From positions 306,318 to 338,317 of the forward strand of contig CP001328.1 in NCBI GenBank assembly GCA_000090985.2: a stretch of DNA of 32,000 nt, written 5' to 3'. The stretch's first letter is position 1, and every line of letters begins with the position of its first letter. Both the position numbers and the translations under genes were made by a program. This DNA is from Micromonas sp. (Eukaryota). Positions 1 to 8,862 of this stretch are shown piece after piece. Below the pieces are notes generated by a model. The model searched no databases and had not been told where the DNA came from. It saw only the letters and a list, made by a program, of their open reading frames with translations.

Positions 1-152
1 TGCGGGCGCGAAAGCTGGACGCGTCGTTCGTCGGGCACGCCACCGGTGCGCTGCGATGAGACCTTTTATTCGTTCGAGCGTCGAGACTTTTATTAGCCGA
101 AAATAATTTGATAGCGTCGTTAGCCGCTCCCCGTCGATCCCCCCCGCGGTCG

Positions 153-1823
153 TCAACCGTCGATCCGGACGCCGGAGAGCTGCGTCCCCTCGCGAAGCGC
201 GGCGAGTCTCGCCCTCTTCCGCCTGCGCCACCTCCACGCCAACCACGCGACGGCCGCCGCGACAGCCGCCGCGAGCTCCCCGACCCGGACGAGCTCCCCG
301 CCAGCTGTGTCCCCGCCGCCCAACCCGACGACCGCGCCGCCAGCTGTGTCGCCGCCAAAACCCGCCGATCCCGGCTTCGGGTTCGGTCCGGGCCGCGCGT
401 CCCCATTACCTACCACCGCCGCCGCCCCGTGATCCCCGTCCCCGGCCACATCGTCCGCGTCCGCCGCGTCTTCCATCCTTCGGAGCGAGATGTCGAGTCG
501 CGCTCCCGCGTCCGCAGTCCTCGTCTGCGGATAATAACCCGGCGCGGACGCGGTCACCTCGTGCCTCCCCGGCGGCAGGAACCTCGCGTAGTACCCCGTG
601 CGCGTCGACGGCGTGAAACGGACGCCGTCGACGCCCGCGACGGCGAGGACGGCGCCACGCACGGGTTCGCCGGTGAGAGAATCCGTCACTTTTCCCGTCG
701 TCGATGTGGTCGCCACCGCCGTCGCGTACGCGATCATCGCCGGGGCGTGCTCGGTCCACAGCCGTACCAGCGACGACTCGTCCGGCCACTTGCGCTCGTT
801 CACCTCCACCGTGACGTCCATGGTCTGGGTCTTGAGATAGTGCCAGTCCTGCATCCCGCCCCACAGCGGGTACCACCGCGCGCCGTTAGTGATCCCCTCG
901 GGGAATTCCTCGTTGGCGGCGGTGGCCATCGTCGGATGCGCGCGCGCGTAAACCTTCGCCAGGCGCCTGAACGCGGCGTCGTCCGGGGACTTGGAGTATC
1001 CAGCCTTCCTGTTGCTCCCGCTGATGGCGTCGTACGGGTAGTTGGCCACGAGCGCGCCCTCGTGAAAGTTCAGCGCCGCGGTGGCGTTGACGCCCTCGCT
1101 GAATCGCATCATCGCCGCCGTCTCCGGTTGCCGAGCGTCGAACCTTGCCGGCAACCCGGGTTCGTTGAACTGATCGGGGAAATCGCGGTTCAGGTCCACG
1201 GATGCGGCGTTGTTCCTGCGCTTGGCGCTGAAGCCGTCGGGGTTCATCGTCGGCACGAGGAACACCCTCGCGCGTCTCGCGACGACGGCGGCTTCGTCGA
1301 GCAATTTCGCGGATGCCTCGTCCAACGGATCCTTGTCGAGCCCTCCCTCGCCCTCGCCGGTGCCGTCGCCCCCCGCCGATCGCTGCCGCCGCTCGTGCGC
1401 GATGCACAGGAGCCTGGCGAATCGTATGATGAGCTCGCGTCCCACGGGCTCGTCGCCGTGCATGTTGCCGACGAGCATGATCCCGGGTTTGGTCTGCTCG
1501 ACGCCCGGCTGGGTGGACACCTCCATGGCGCGCATCTCCACGCCCCTCACGCTCGTGCCGATCGTGGTCAACTTCGAAATCCCGGCGCACGGCCCGGCGT
1601 GCAAGGCGTCCATCGCGTTCGCTAGCTCTTCGTTGGACCGGTACCTCCACTCGCTCCACGATCCCTTCGCGTCGCCCCCCGTCGCCTTCGCGCTCTCGTC
1701 GTCGGCGAGACGGCGGTGCGTCACGGGCGCGAGCGAGCCGCGCGACGTGGCGTCGACGCGCGCGGCGAGGACCAGAACGCACCACAGCGCCGCCCAGACG
1801 CCACGAACACCCATGAACACCAT
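153..1823 (-). CDS. Zinc carboxypeptidase, M14B (carboxypeptidase D/E/SOL1-like), with signal peptide, transthyretin-like domain and C-terminal TM anchor
   Basis: 556-aa ORF starting at a true ATG (cat at 1821-1823). Hydrophobic N-terminus MVFMGVRGVWAALWCVLVLAARVDA. Zn-binding HxxE in GNMHGDEPVGRE and a second His in NFHEGALVANYPYD. A carboxypeptidase regulatory-type beta-sandwich follows (GKVTDSLTGEPVRGAVLAV...YYARFLPPGRHEVTASAPGYYP). A hydrophobic stretch and RRRKR lie near the C-terminus. Confidence 0.88.
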   Translation of the reverse strand: MVFMGVRGVWAALWCVLVLAARVDATSRGSLAPVTHRRLADDESAKATGGDAKGSWSEWRYRSNEELANAMDALHAGPCAGISKLTTIGTSVRGVEMRAMEVSTQPGVEQTKPGIMLVGNMHGDEPVGRELIIRFARLLCIAHERRQRSAGGDGTGEGEGGLDKDPLDEASAKLLDEAAVVARRARVFLVPTMNPDGFSAKRRNNAASVDLNRDFPDQFNEPGLPARFDARQPETAAMMRFSEGVNATAALNFHEGALVANYPYDAISGSNRKAGYSKSPDDAAFRRLAKVYARAHPTMATAANEEFPEGITNGARWYPLWGGMQDWHYLKTQTMDVTVEVNERKWPDESSLVRLWTEHAPAMIAYATAVATTSTTGKVTDSLTGEPVRGAVLAVAGVDGVRFTPSTRTGYYARFLPPGRHEVTASAPGYYPQTRTADAGARLDISLRRMEDAADADDVAGDGDHGAAAVVGNGDARPGPNPKPGSAGFGGDTAGGAVVGLGGGDTAGGELVRVGELAAAVAAAVAWLAWRWRRRKRARLAALREGTQLSGVRIDG

Positions 1824-2267
1824 CTCCCCCCCCCTATCTCTCCTCGTCTCTGCGCCACCTTCTCTCGGATAGTCGGAGCGAGGCGCTTCGGGGTGCCAAA
1901 ACCGTCAGGGCGTCAGTTAGGTCATTATAGGTTATGGGACTGGTCATCGAGGAAAATTTTAACTCGTCGATTCTCGAGTTAATCGTCCAAATCCACCGCC
2001 GTCGGATCCATCGGAGGTTCACGAACAGGCAAACGGGGGAACAACGTTTGAGCGTCGGAATAATCCGCGACCGTTTGCGAAAAGCCGTGACACAAAAAAC
2101 GGAAGACCTCACGCGCGGCGCCCGCTACTGCGCACGACGCACGCACGGGGAGGCGCCGACGAACGCGCGGGACCGAGCGGCGTCTAGCTGAGCTCGAAAT
2201 CCTCTCGTCGCGCGAGCGAACCCCCGCGAGGTTGATTCCCGCGTCGACCCCGGCCGACGCCCGGTCG

Positions 2268-5138
2268 ATGGCCCCGCCCTTCTCGCCCCACCTGACCGCC
2301 GGCATCGGAGGCTCGGTCGCCGCGACGCCCGGGATGTACGGGAACAAGGAGAACGCCGTGCCGCCCGCGTCCGGGGCGAAGGAGCACGTCACCTTCGCGC
2401 CGACCCCCGCGGGCGACATCAAGACCGGCGCGGAGAGCGTCCAGCAGGTGCGCCGCGCGTCCGCGCCCCGCGCGTCCCACGCACCCGCGAGGGGTACCCG
2501 CACGATGCGAGGAGAGGAACGCAATCTCGCTCGCATCTCGCCTCGCCCCTTCGCCGCTCCCGTCATCCGCCGTATCGACGCTGACCCGAACCCGCTCAAC
2601 CCGATATCGCAGCGACTGGAGCGCATGCGGGAGCGCGTCGCCAACCTCAAGACCCCGATGCGCGCCACAGCCGGCGGGTCGGGCGACGACGCGAACACCG
2701 CCACCTTACCCCGCGGCGTCACCTTCGCGCCCGGCGTCGGGGGCACCCCGCTCGTGGGAACCGGCTACGCCATGACCCCCGGCAACTCCGTCGCCGCGAG
2801 GATCACGCACAAGACCCCGGCGCCGATGCCCCAGGGAGGAACCGGCGGGAACAAGCGCAGGGCGTCCGTGGAGTCGCTGCTCTCCGAGTACCTCCGATCC
2901 TCCGGCGTCACCCCTCCTCACTCGCGCTCCGAACGCGCCGCTCGCGTCGACTCGCTCAGGGAGAACGCCAACAGCGCTCAGCACTGGTGCGAGTTCCTCG
3001 AGGCGGAGGAGATGGCGCTCGGCGAGGAGACCAAGGGCGTGGGCGCCCCCGCGGGGAGGAACGGCGTCTCCCTCTTTCGATTGTACGAGCACGCCACCAG
3101 GACGCTTCCCCAGGTGAGCCGCAATGCGCCGTTTGAGACGCAGGGCTATTACCTTCGCCTCTACCTGGGACTCGCCAGACAGCAGATGGTGTCCAACATG
3201 GACGACGCGAGGGATACGTTCAAGTACCTCAAGTCCGAGGGGTTCTGGCAGAGGCACGGCATGTACTGGACCGAGTGGGCGGCGTTTGGCCACCAGTACA
3301 AGGGCGAGGAGAAGGCGCTGAAGATCCTCGCCAAGGGACTGAACGCCGACCCGGAGCCGAGGTGCATCGTGGAGGAGATGAAGGAGGCCATCGAGCAGGG
3401 GCGGTACGGCGTGCCCGTCGCCCACGAGCGCGTGCACCCGAACCCACGTGCCGAACCTAAACCGCCAACCGCCGTTCAGCCAGACCGAGAGCGCGACGCC
3501 ACCGAAGCTCGCGAACGGTTCCAACGGGAGATTGCAGAGCGCCAGCTTCGATACCAATCAGCGCCGGGTTTCGCGGCGTCGGCCATCGTCGACGACGCCA
3601 CCGTCGCCGTGCCCTCGGTGCCGAACGGCGAGACGCGACAGGCGCACGCGGGTCAAGGGCGGCTGGCGGGGACCCAGCCGGCGGCGGAGGAGGAGGAGGC
3701 GACGGTTGCGGTTGCGTACACGCCAAACACGGCGGCGGCGGTGGCGCGGGTCAAGGCGGCCGCCGCGAGCGCCCAGCCGCAGCCCCAGCCGATGACGGAA
3801 CCGGCGTCGTCCGCGGCGGTCGCCGCGAACCCGCTCCCCGCGGCTGCGCCCGACGCCGCCGCCGCCGCGGCTAAGGTGGCGGAGGAGAAGAAGAAATCCC
3901 GACCGAGGGTTCGCGAAAATTCCGAGATGGTCGTCGTCCGCGGCGTCAAGTACCTGAAGCTCGAGTGCGTCGGCCAGGGCGGCACGTGCAAGGTGTACAA
4001 GGTGCTCTGCCCCAAGCGCAAGACGTACGCGCTCAAGCGCATCCGTCTGCAGGGCCGCGAGAAGGAGACCATCGCGGGGTTCATGGATGAGATTCGATTG
4101 CTCCAATCGCTGCGCGGGAAGGATAACATCATCCAGCTCGTCGACGCCGAGGTTTGCAAGACGGAGGGTCTCATCTACGTCGTCCTCGAGTACGGCGAGA
4201 TCGACCTCGCGCGTTTGCTGTCCAAGCGCGAGAAGCAGGCGAGGGCCAAGGGTAAGGGGGGCGCGAACGGCCAGAGCAACGCCGGGATGATCGACGATAA
4301 CTTCCTTCGGCTCTACTTTGAGCAGATGGTGGAAGCCGTCGGCACCATCCACGAGCTCAAGATCGTCCACTCGGATCTCAAACCCGCGAACTTCCTGTTC
4401 GTCGAGGGCGCACTCAAGCTGATCGACTTTGGAATCGCGAAGCAGGACACCAGCAAGACGGACACCACGAACATCGTGCGCGACCACCAGGTGGGAACCG
4501 TAAACTACATGTCCCCGGAGGCGATTCTCAACGGGCAGCCGAGCGCGCTGGGCGGGCCGCTTAAAGTCGGCCGGGCCTCCGACATCTGGTCGCTGGGGTG
4601 CATCCTCTACCAGATGGTCTACGGCCAGACGCCGTTCGCGAGGATCACCGGAATGATTCCCAAGCTGCACGCCATCACCGATCCGAAGCACGAGATTCCG
4701 ATGCCGCCGGTGGCTAACCCGCACCTCACGGCGCTCATCAGCGCGTGCCTGGAGCGACATCCGCACCGACGCATCACCATCGCGGAAATTCTCAAGCACC
4801 CGTTCCTGCGCCCGGCGGCGGCGGCGACGCCCGCGAGCAAGGGCAGCGGCGGCGCGGAGGAACCGGCGTCCCCGGCGCAGAGCGGACTGAGCGCGCAGCA
4901 GCTGCAGGGGCTCCTGGAGCAGATTCAGAAGCACGGCGCAAACGTAGACGTCGGCGCGGTGACGCAGGAGGTGTTTAGGCAGATTGCGACGGGGGAGAGC
5001 AACGTGAGCATCTCGCCGCTGCTGCGCAAGCACGCCAAGGGGGGTGGAGAGAAGAAGGGAGAGGAGGGAAGGGGGAACGTCGGGGCGGAGAGCGTGGCGG
5101 CCGGGGTTGGGGCGATTGATCTCAACGCCGCGCAATGA
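2268..5138 (+). CDS. MPS1: Mps1/TTK-family dual-specificity spindle-checkpoint protein kinase
   Basis: The ORF track starts at 2232 on TTG; the first ATG is at 2268 (MAPPFSPHL). The kinase domain has GQGGTCKVYKV, YALKRIRL, IVHSDLKPANFLF, KLIDFGIAK and VGTVNYMSPEA, all typical Mps1 signatures. An N-terminal TPR-like helical region is present (HWCEFLEAEE...YYLRLYLGLARQQ...MYWTEWAAFGHQYKGEEKALKIL). Confidence 0.88.
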   Translation: MAPPFSPHLTAGIGGSVAATPGMYGNKENAVPPASGAKEHVTFAPTPAGDIKTGAESVQQVRRASAPRASHAPARGTRTMRGEERNLARISPRPFAAPVIRRIDADPNPLNPISQRLERMRERVANLKTPMRATAGGSGDDANTATLPRGVTFAPGVGGTPLVGTGYAMTPGNSVAARITHKTPAPMPQGGTGGNKRRASVESLLSEYLRSSGVTPPHSRSERAARVDSLRENANSAQHWCEFLEAEEMALGEETKGVGAPAGRNGVSLFRLYEHATRTLPQVSRNAPFETQGYYLRLYLGLARQQMVSNMDDARDTFKYLKSEGFWQRHGMYWTEWAAFGHQYKGEEKALKILAKGLNADPEPRCIVEEMKEAIEQGRYGVPVAHERVHPNPRAEPKPPTAVQPDRERDATEARERFQREIAERQLRYQSAPGFAASAIVDDATVAVPSVPNGETRQAHAGQGRLAGTQPAAEEEEATVAVAYTPNTAAAVARVKAAAASAQPQPQPMTEPASSAAVAANPLPAAAPDAAAAAAKVAEEKKKSRPRVRENSEMVVVRGVKYLKLECVGQGGTCKVYKVLCPKRKTYALKRIRLQGREKETIAGFMDEIRLLQSLRGKDNIIQLVDAEVCKTEGLIYVVLEYGEIDLARLLSKREKQARAKGKGGANGQSNAGMIDDNFLRLYFEQMVEAVGTIHELKIVHSDLKPANFLFVEGALKLIDFGIAKQDTSKTDTTNIVRDHQVGTVNYMSPEAILNGQPSALGGPLKVGRASDIWSLGCILYQMVYGQTPFARITGMIPKLHAITDPKHEIPMPPVANPHLTALISACLERHPHRRITIAEILKHPFLRPAAAATPASKGSGGAEEPASPAQSGLSAQQLQGLLEQIQKHGANVDVGAVTQEVFRQIATGESNVSISPLLRKHAKGGGEKKGEEGRGNVGAESVAAGVGAIDLNAAQ

Positions 5139-5167
5139 TTGGAATTTGTTTTTCGACAGGGGCGTTT

Positions 5168-5181
5168 GGGGGGGGGGGGGG
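5168..5181. repeat. G14 homopolymer between two convergent 3' ends
   Basis: Direct count gives 14 consecutive G at 5168-5181. It lies 30 nt after the kinase stop codon and about 110 nt from the stop of the minus-strand gene. Confidence 0.9.
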
Positions 5182-5290
5182 AACACGACGTAGTAGGACG
5201 ACACGATGACGTCCCCTCGCGAACGGAGAGGACGTTTTCAATTCAAACGCCAGTTACCAACACGACGCGCCTCGGTGTACACCTCGAAAC

Positions 5291-5920
5291 TCACGACGCG
5301 TCGAGGGGCCTGAACACCATCACCCGCGTGAAGTACTCCTTGCTGCTGATCTTCTCACCCGCGGATCCGTCCGGCATCCTCGGCGTGAACGACCTGTCCA
5401 CCACCATCTCGTTCCCGTCCTTACTCAGCGTCCGCTGCGTCGTCTCCCATCCCAGCGGCGTGGCGCTCTCGGTCAGGTGCACCGGTCCGAGGTGCGGAAT
5501 CTCGTTGTACGTCGTGTTGCGGTACACCACGCCGGGCTCGGCGCCGAAGAGTTCGCTCGATCCCTTGAACTCCTCCTCCCACTCGCCGATGGGGTAGACG
5601 AGCGATCGGACCCCGCGTCCGGTTCCCGGGTCCGTCAGCACCAGAAACTCGCCCTCCTCCGCGCCGGTCTCGCGCCACTCCTGCTCGTACGGCGCCGCCG
5701 CGCGCTCGGCCGCCTTGGCGACGTCGAGGCCGTGCGACGCGAGGTACGCCTCCGCGTTGACGCTGCGCGATCCGTCGCGGGTCCATCGCCCCACGAACGA
5801 CGCGTCGGTCGACGTCGCAGATGCCATGACGACGATGTCGCGACGATGGCGTGTGGCGTTGGGACGAGCCGCGCGGGAACGGGTCGGGACGAGCGCGACG
5901 ACACGCGCGGCGAGGCTCAT
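5291..5920 (-). CDS. Small organelle-targeted protein, FABP/lipocalin (calycin)-like; function uncertain
   Basis: The ORF has strong GC3 coding bias. There are two in-frame ATGs, at 5950 and 5920. The one at 5920 gives MSLAARVVALVPTRSRAARP..., which resembles a transit peptide. The mature part begins FVGRWTRDGSRSVNAEAYLASHGLDV, resembling the FABP N-terminal signature (F-x-G-x-W...N-x-x-x-Y-[LM]). Fold assignment is by eye only. Confidence 0.6.
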   Translation of the reverse strand: MSLAARVVALVPTRSRAARPNATRHRRDIVVMASATSTDASFVGRWTRDGSRSVNAEAYLASHGLDVAKAAERAAAPYEQEWRETGAEEGEFLVLTDPGTGRGVRSLVYPIGEWEEEFKGSSELFGAEPGVVYRNTTYNEIPHLGPVHLTESATPLGWETTQRTLSKDGNEMVVDRSFTPRMPDGSAGEKISSKEYFTRVMVFRPLDAS

Positions 5921-6038
5921 CTCCCCCCTCCAAAAAGTGGTCCAGACCATCGCGCGGATATCACTGTTCCCTTTCTGTTATCCAATCGGCGCCCGATCGT
6001 GGCTGGCGCCACACCTCGAGCCACGCAGCACGAACACC

Positions 6039-6844
6039 ATGTCCGCTTTCACCCTCTCCGCCTCCCACGCCGTCGCCAAGACCGCCGGTCTCCGCGCCAA
6101 GACCCAGGTGCGAACCCCCCGAACCCTCGGGCGATGCCCCGAGACCCCGACCCGCCCCGCCCAGGATCGATCGCCCGAAGAAGAATGCCGAAACGACGCG
6201 GTTCCCCTTGTTACTCCGATCGAGGAGGGCCCGACGAATCGCGCCCCCACTGAGGCTGACCGACATCCCGAATTCCGCTCGAATCCCTGATGCCACACCA
6301 GGCCGGATCCGCCGTCCGCCGCGCCGTGACCACCAAGGCTGCCGTCAAGGTTGGCGACAAGGCGCCGGACTTCGCCCTCATGGGTGAGGGCTTCGAGGTC
6401 ACCAAGCTCTCTGATCTCAAGGGCAGCAAGGTTGTCCTCGCCTTCTTCCCCGCCGCCTTCTCCGGCGACGCCGACGGCGGATGCCAGTGCCAGCTCCAGG
6501 CCCTCCAGTCCATCGCCAAGACTGACGGCGTCAAGGTCCTCGGCATTTGCAAGGACCAGCCCTTCGCCATGGGCGCCTGGAAGCAGGTCCAGGGCATCGA
6601 CTGCCTCTCCGACTGGTCCCTGAAGACCTGCGAGGCGTACGTGGGCACCCTCGACTTTGGCGAGTTCCTCGACGGCCTCGACGTGTCCACCGACTTCAAG
6701 GGGTACATGGCGTCCAGGCGCGGCTGCGTGGTGCTCGACGAGGACCAGAAGGTGATCTACTCGTGGAACGGCATGCCCGACCAGCTCCCGGACACCACCG
6801 AGATCCAGGCCGCGCTCGGCATCGGCAAGACCGACTTCGCGTGA
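6039..6844 (+). CDS. Peroxiredoxin (AhpC/TSA family, AhpE/BCP-like), plastid-targeted; join(6039..6107,6302..6844)
   Basis: Exon 2 encodes VKVGDKAPDFAL...SKVVLAFFPAAFSGDADGGCQCQ...KVLGICKDQPFAMGAWK...GCVVLDEDQKVIYSW. Exon 1 (MSAFTLSASHAVAKTAGLRAKTQ) ends exactly at a GTGCGA donor. The intron ends at ACACCAG and has a CTGAC branch-like motif. The splice is phase 0 and gives a Ser/Ala/Thr/Arg-rich transit peptide. Confidence 0.8.
6108..6301 (+). other. Spliceosomal intron (194 nt) of the peroxiredoxin gene
   Basis: The intron starts GTGCGA and ends CACCAG, with GGCTGACC 48 nt upstream of the acceptor. It contains in-frame stops, and removing it joins two same-phase coding segments. Confidence 0.7.
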
Positions 6845-7025
6845 GCGTCGGGAGCGCCCCGAGCGTCCGCTCGAGACGACGAAGGTTATGTTTTTAAATG
6901 AGCAAGTGAGTGATGCAAGGGATGAGACGTCGTCGTCGTTCGATGCACTTCGCTTCTTTCATGACAACGGGAGTACACACAAAACAAGCCGGGGAAAACA
7001 AAACATCCCCGGAATCGAATCCGCC

Positions 7026-8744
7026 TCAATCCGCCTTTCGCTTCCGCCGAACGCGGCCAACCTCCCTCCACAGCCACCACAACGCGAGCGACGTCCCCGC
7101 GGGTCCCGCCAGCGCCACCCCGACCAGCATCACCGGCAACCTCCACGTCTGCGCCGCCGTCAACGAAGACTCGCCCCGACACTCCGCACGCGATCGGCTC
7201 ACCGACGCGCCCCGAGCGCCGTACTCGGCCCACTCGCCCTCGAGCGCGGAGAACGGCACCGTCTTCGACAGCTTGACGCCCCCGTCGACGCCGCGGATGC
7301 GAAGCGAGACGGTCGGCTCCCGAGCGGCGGCGCGCGGCGCGCGTCCGACCCTCGACGACGAGGAGGAGGAGGAGGAGGAGGAGGACACGTCGTCGCGAAG
7401 AAAGTCGCGCTCAGACGCGGGCGATCGGTTGGCGGGAGGGGACGCGTCGACGGCGGCGTCGAACGCGTCGTCATCGACACCCCCCTCGGCACCCCCCTCG
7501 GCATCCCCGTCCCAGTCGACGCCGAAGTCGACGACCACCTCGCCGAAGTTGTACCCGACGTATCGACGCCGGCGAAGGTTACCCACGTCGGGGAAGAGCC
7601 ACGGCGGCAGGTACTCCATCCCCCACGTCGAGTGCCTCGCCAGCCGTCTCAGGAACTTCGTCGGGAGCTCCTCCAGCACCCCGTGCGTCATGCCGCTGCT
7701 GGTAATCTCGACGAGCTCGGACGGCAGGTCGCACCCCGCGGGTGACCCGCCAATCTCCGAGTGATGGACGTCTCCGGAGAGGACGACGGCTCGCGTCCGA
7801 ACGTTAGCCGCGGCGACGAGGTCGAACAGCCGGCGACGCTCCGCCGGGTAGTCGTTCCACGACTCGATGTCCATGCCGATCCCCATCTTCGCGAGCAGCT
7901 CCTGGGTGTGCGCGTGGACCTGCACGGAGCTTCCCACGATCGTCACGTCCACCGGGTCGCAGTCGGTGTTTTCGTTCATCTCCGCGCCGTCAAACACCAC
8001 GCAGCCGCCCCGCGGTTCCGAGCTCGGACGTCCCTCGTCGTCGCCGTCGTAGTAGTCCTCGGCACCCTCGGCACCCCCCTCGGCACCCTCGGCACCCGTC
8101 CTCCTCCCGAGCATCAGCCGCTCGAACCACTCCCACTGCTCGTCGCCGAGCAACGTCCCGTCTTTTGCGCTCGCGTGAAACCTCGCGTCGAGTAAGATGA
8201 GCCGGGCGCTGCCCGTTTGGGACGCGCCCAAGCCCCTGAACGTGTACGCCTCGTACACCCCCGCGCGTGTTCGGCGCGGGGACCCAAGTGGTTCGCCGAG
8301 GAAATCCAGGAATAAGCGCTGCGCGAATTCCTTCTCCCTCCACTCCGCTCCCGCGTTGTTGAAGCCGTAGTCGTGGTCGTCCCACGTTCCGAGGATGCGC
8401 GTCTCGGCTCGTAGGGCGGCGTACTCGGGGTGCTCGTTCTGCGTCGCGTAGGCGTCGCGGTGAAAGGCGCGGCCTCCGTAGCGCCGGACGTTATCGACCT
8501 TGCCGTCGGCGTAGATGGCGTCGCCGAGCCACACCCAAGCGTCCGCGGAGAGGGAACGGACCGCGGGCCACAGGTCCTGCGCGCGGTCGTGGCGGTTGCA
8601 CGAGCCGAAGGCGATGCGCAAGTCGCCGCGGTAGTGCTCGTCCGCGGCGGTTTCTCGCGCGCTGTCGTGGCCTGTGACGTCCCACAAGTCCCCGCGCGAG
8701 TACGCGACGAACGCGGCGAGCGCCAGGAGCCGGATGACGCCCAT
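7026..8744 (-). CDS. PhoD-like metallophosphatase (alkaline phosphatase D family), with signal peptide and C-terminal TM anchor
   Basis: 572-aa ORF with a true ATG at 8744. Motifs: RIAFGSCNRHD, WVWLGDAIYAD, GTWDDHDYGFNNAG, LLDARFH, VVLSGDVHHSE. N-terminus is MGVIRLLALAAFVAYSRG. A C-terminal hydrophobic segment LPVMLVGVALAGPAGTSLALWWLW is followed by RRKRK. Confidence 0.88.
   Translation of the reverse strand: MGVIRLLALAAFVAYSRGDLWDVTGHDSARETAADEHYRGDLRIAFGSCNRHDRAQDLWPAVRSLSADAWVWLGDAIYADGKVDNVRRYGGRAFHRDAYATQNEHPEYAALRAETRILGTWDDHDYGFNNAGAEWREKEFAQRLFLDFLGEPLGSPRRTRAGVYEAYTFRGLGASQTGSARLILLDARFHASAKDGTLLGDEQWEWFERLMLGRRTGAEGAEGGAEGAEDYYDGDDEGRPSSEPRGGCVVFDGAEMNENTDCDPVDVTIVGSSVQVHAHTQELLAKMGIGMDIESWNDYPAERRRLFDLVAAANVRTRAVVLSGDVHHSEIGGSPAGCDLPSELVEITSSGMTHGVLEELPTKFLRRLARHSTWGMEYLPPWLFPDVGNLRRRRYVGYNFGEVVVDFGVDWDGDAEGGAEGGVDDDAFDAAVDASPPANRSPASERDFLRDDVSSSSSSSSSSSRVGRAPRAAAREPTVSLRIRGVDGGVKLSKTVPFSALEGEWAEYGARGASVSRSRAECRGESSLTAAQTWRLPVMLVGVALAGPAGTSLALWWLWREVGRVRRKRKAD
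7477..7508 (-). repeat. In-frame GGTGCCGAGGGG cassette (coding strand), encoding GDAEGGAEGGVDDD in PhoD
   Basis: Plus strand reads acacccccctcggcacccccctcggcatcccc. On the coding strand this is GGGGATGCCGAGGGGGGTGCCGAGGGGGGTGTCGATGAC. Confidence 0.85.
8057..8097 (-). repeat. In-frame (GGTGCCGAG[GGG]) x4 cassette encoding GAEGAEGGAEGAE in PhoD
   Basis: Plus strand reads cctcggcaccctcggcacccccctcggcaccctcggcaccc. The coding frame is GGT-GCC-GAG. Confidence 0.9.
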
Positions 8745-8818
8745 CTCCGCGACGTGGCCGACAGTTATTCTGTTTGCTCCGTCTCAAGATGCGCAAGATA
8801 CCAAGATGCGTTCGTAAA

Positions 8819-8862
8819 GGGTATCCAAAGGGTATCCAAAGGGTATCGCGGGGTATCCGGGA
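8819..8862. repeat. 11-bp tandem repeat GGGTATCCAAA x4 (last two copies degenerate) in the PhoD/eL31 divergent intergenic region
   Basis: gggtatccaaa gggtatccaaa gggtatcgcgg ggtatccggga. It is preceded at 8785-8809 by caagatgcg-caagatac-caagatgcg. Confidence 0.85.

Noticed and set aside
108-1625. 505-aa plus-strand ORF overlapping the carboxypeptidase gene
   Set aside because: It is extremely Arg/Pro/Gly/Val-rich and starts on TTG. It has no recognisable domain and lies antisense to a gene with clear M14 motifs. This is a typical shadow ORF in GC-rich DNA.
2100-2140. E2F-type cell-cycle element upstream of the Mps1 kinase (gcgcggcgcccgc)
   Set aside because: The sequence lacks the T-run of the TTTSSCGC consensus, and GC-rich strings like this are expected by chance in this genome.
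3558-5204. 548-aa minus-strand ORF antisense to the Mps1 kinase
   Set aside because: Arg/Leu/Gly-rich low-complexity translation with no motifs. The opposite strand encodes a complete, conserved kinase domain.
6888-7764. Two plus-strand ORFs of about 285 aa antisense to PhoD
   Set aside because: Low-complexity Arg/Ser/Pro translations. The minus strand carries the PhoD metallophosphatase motifs.
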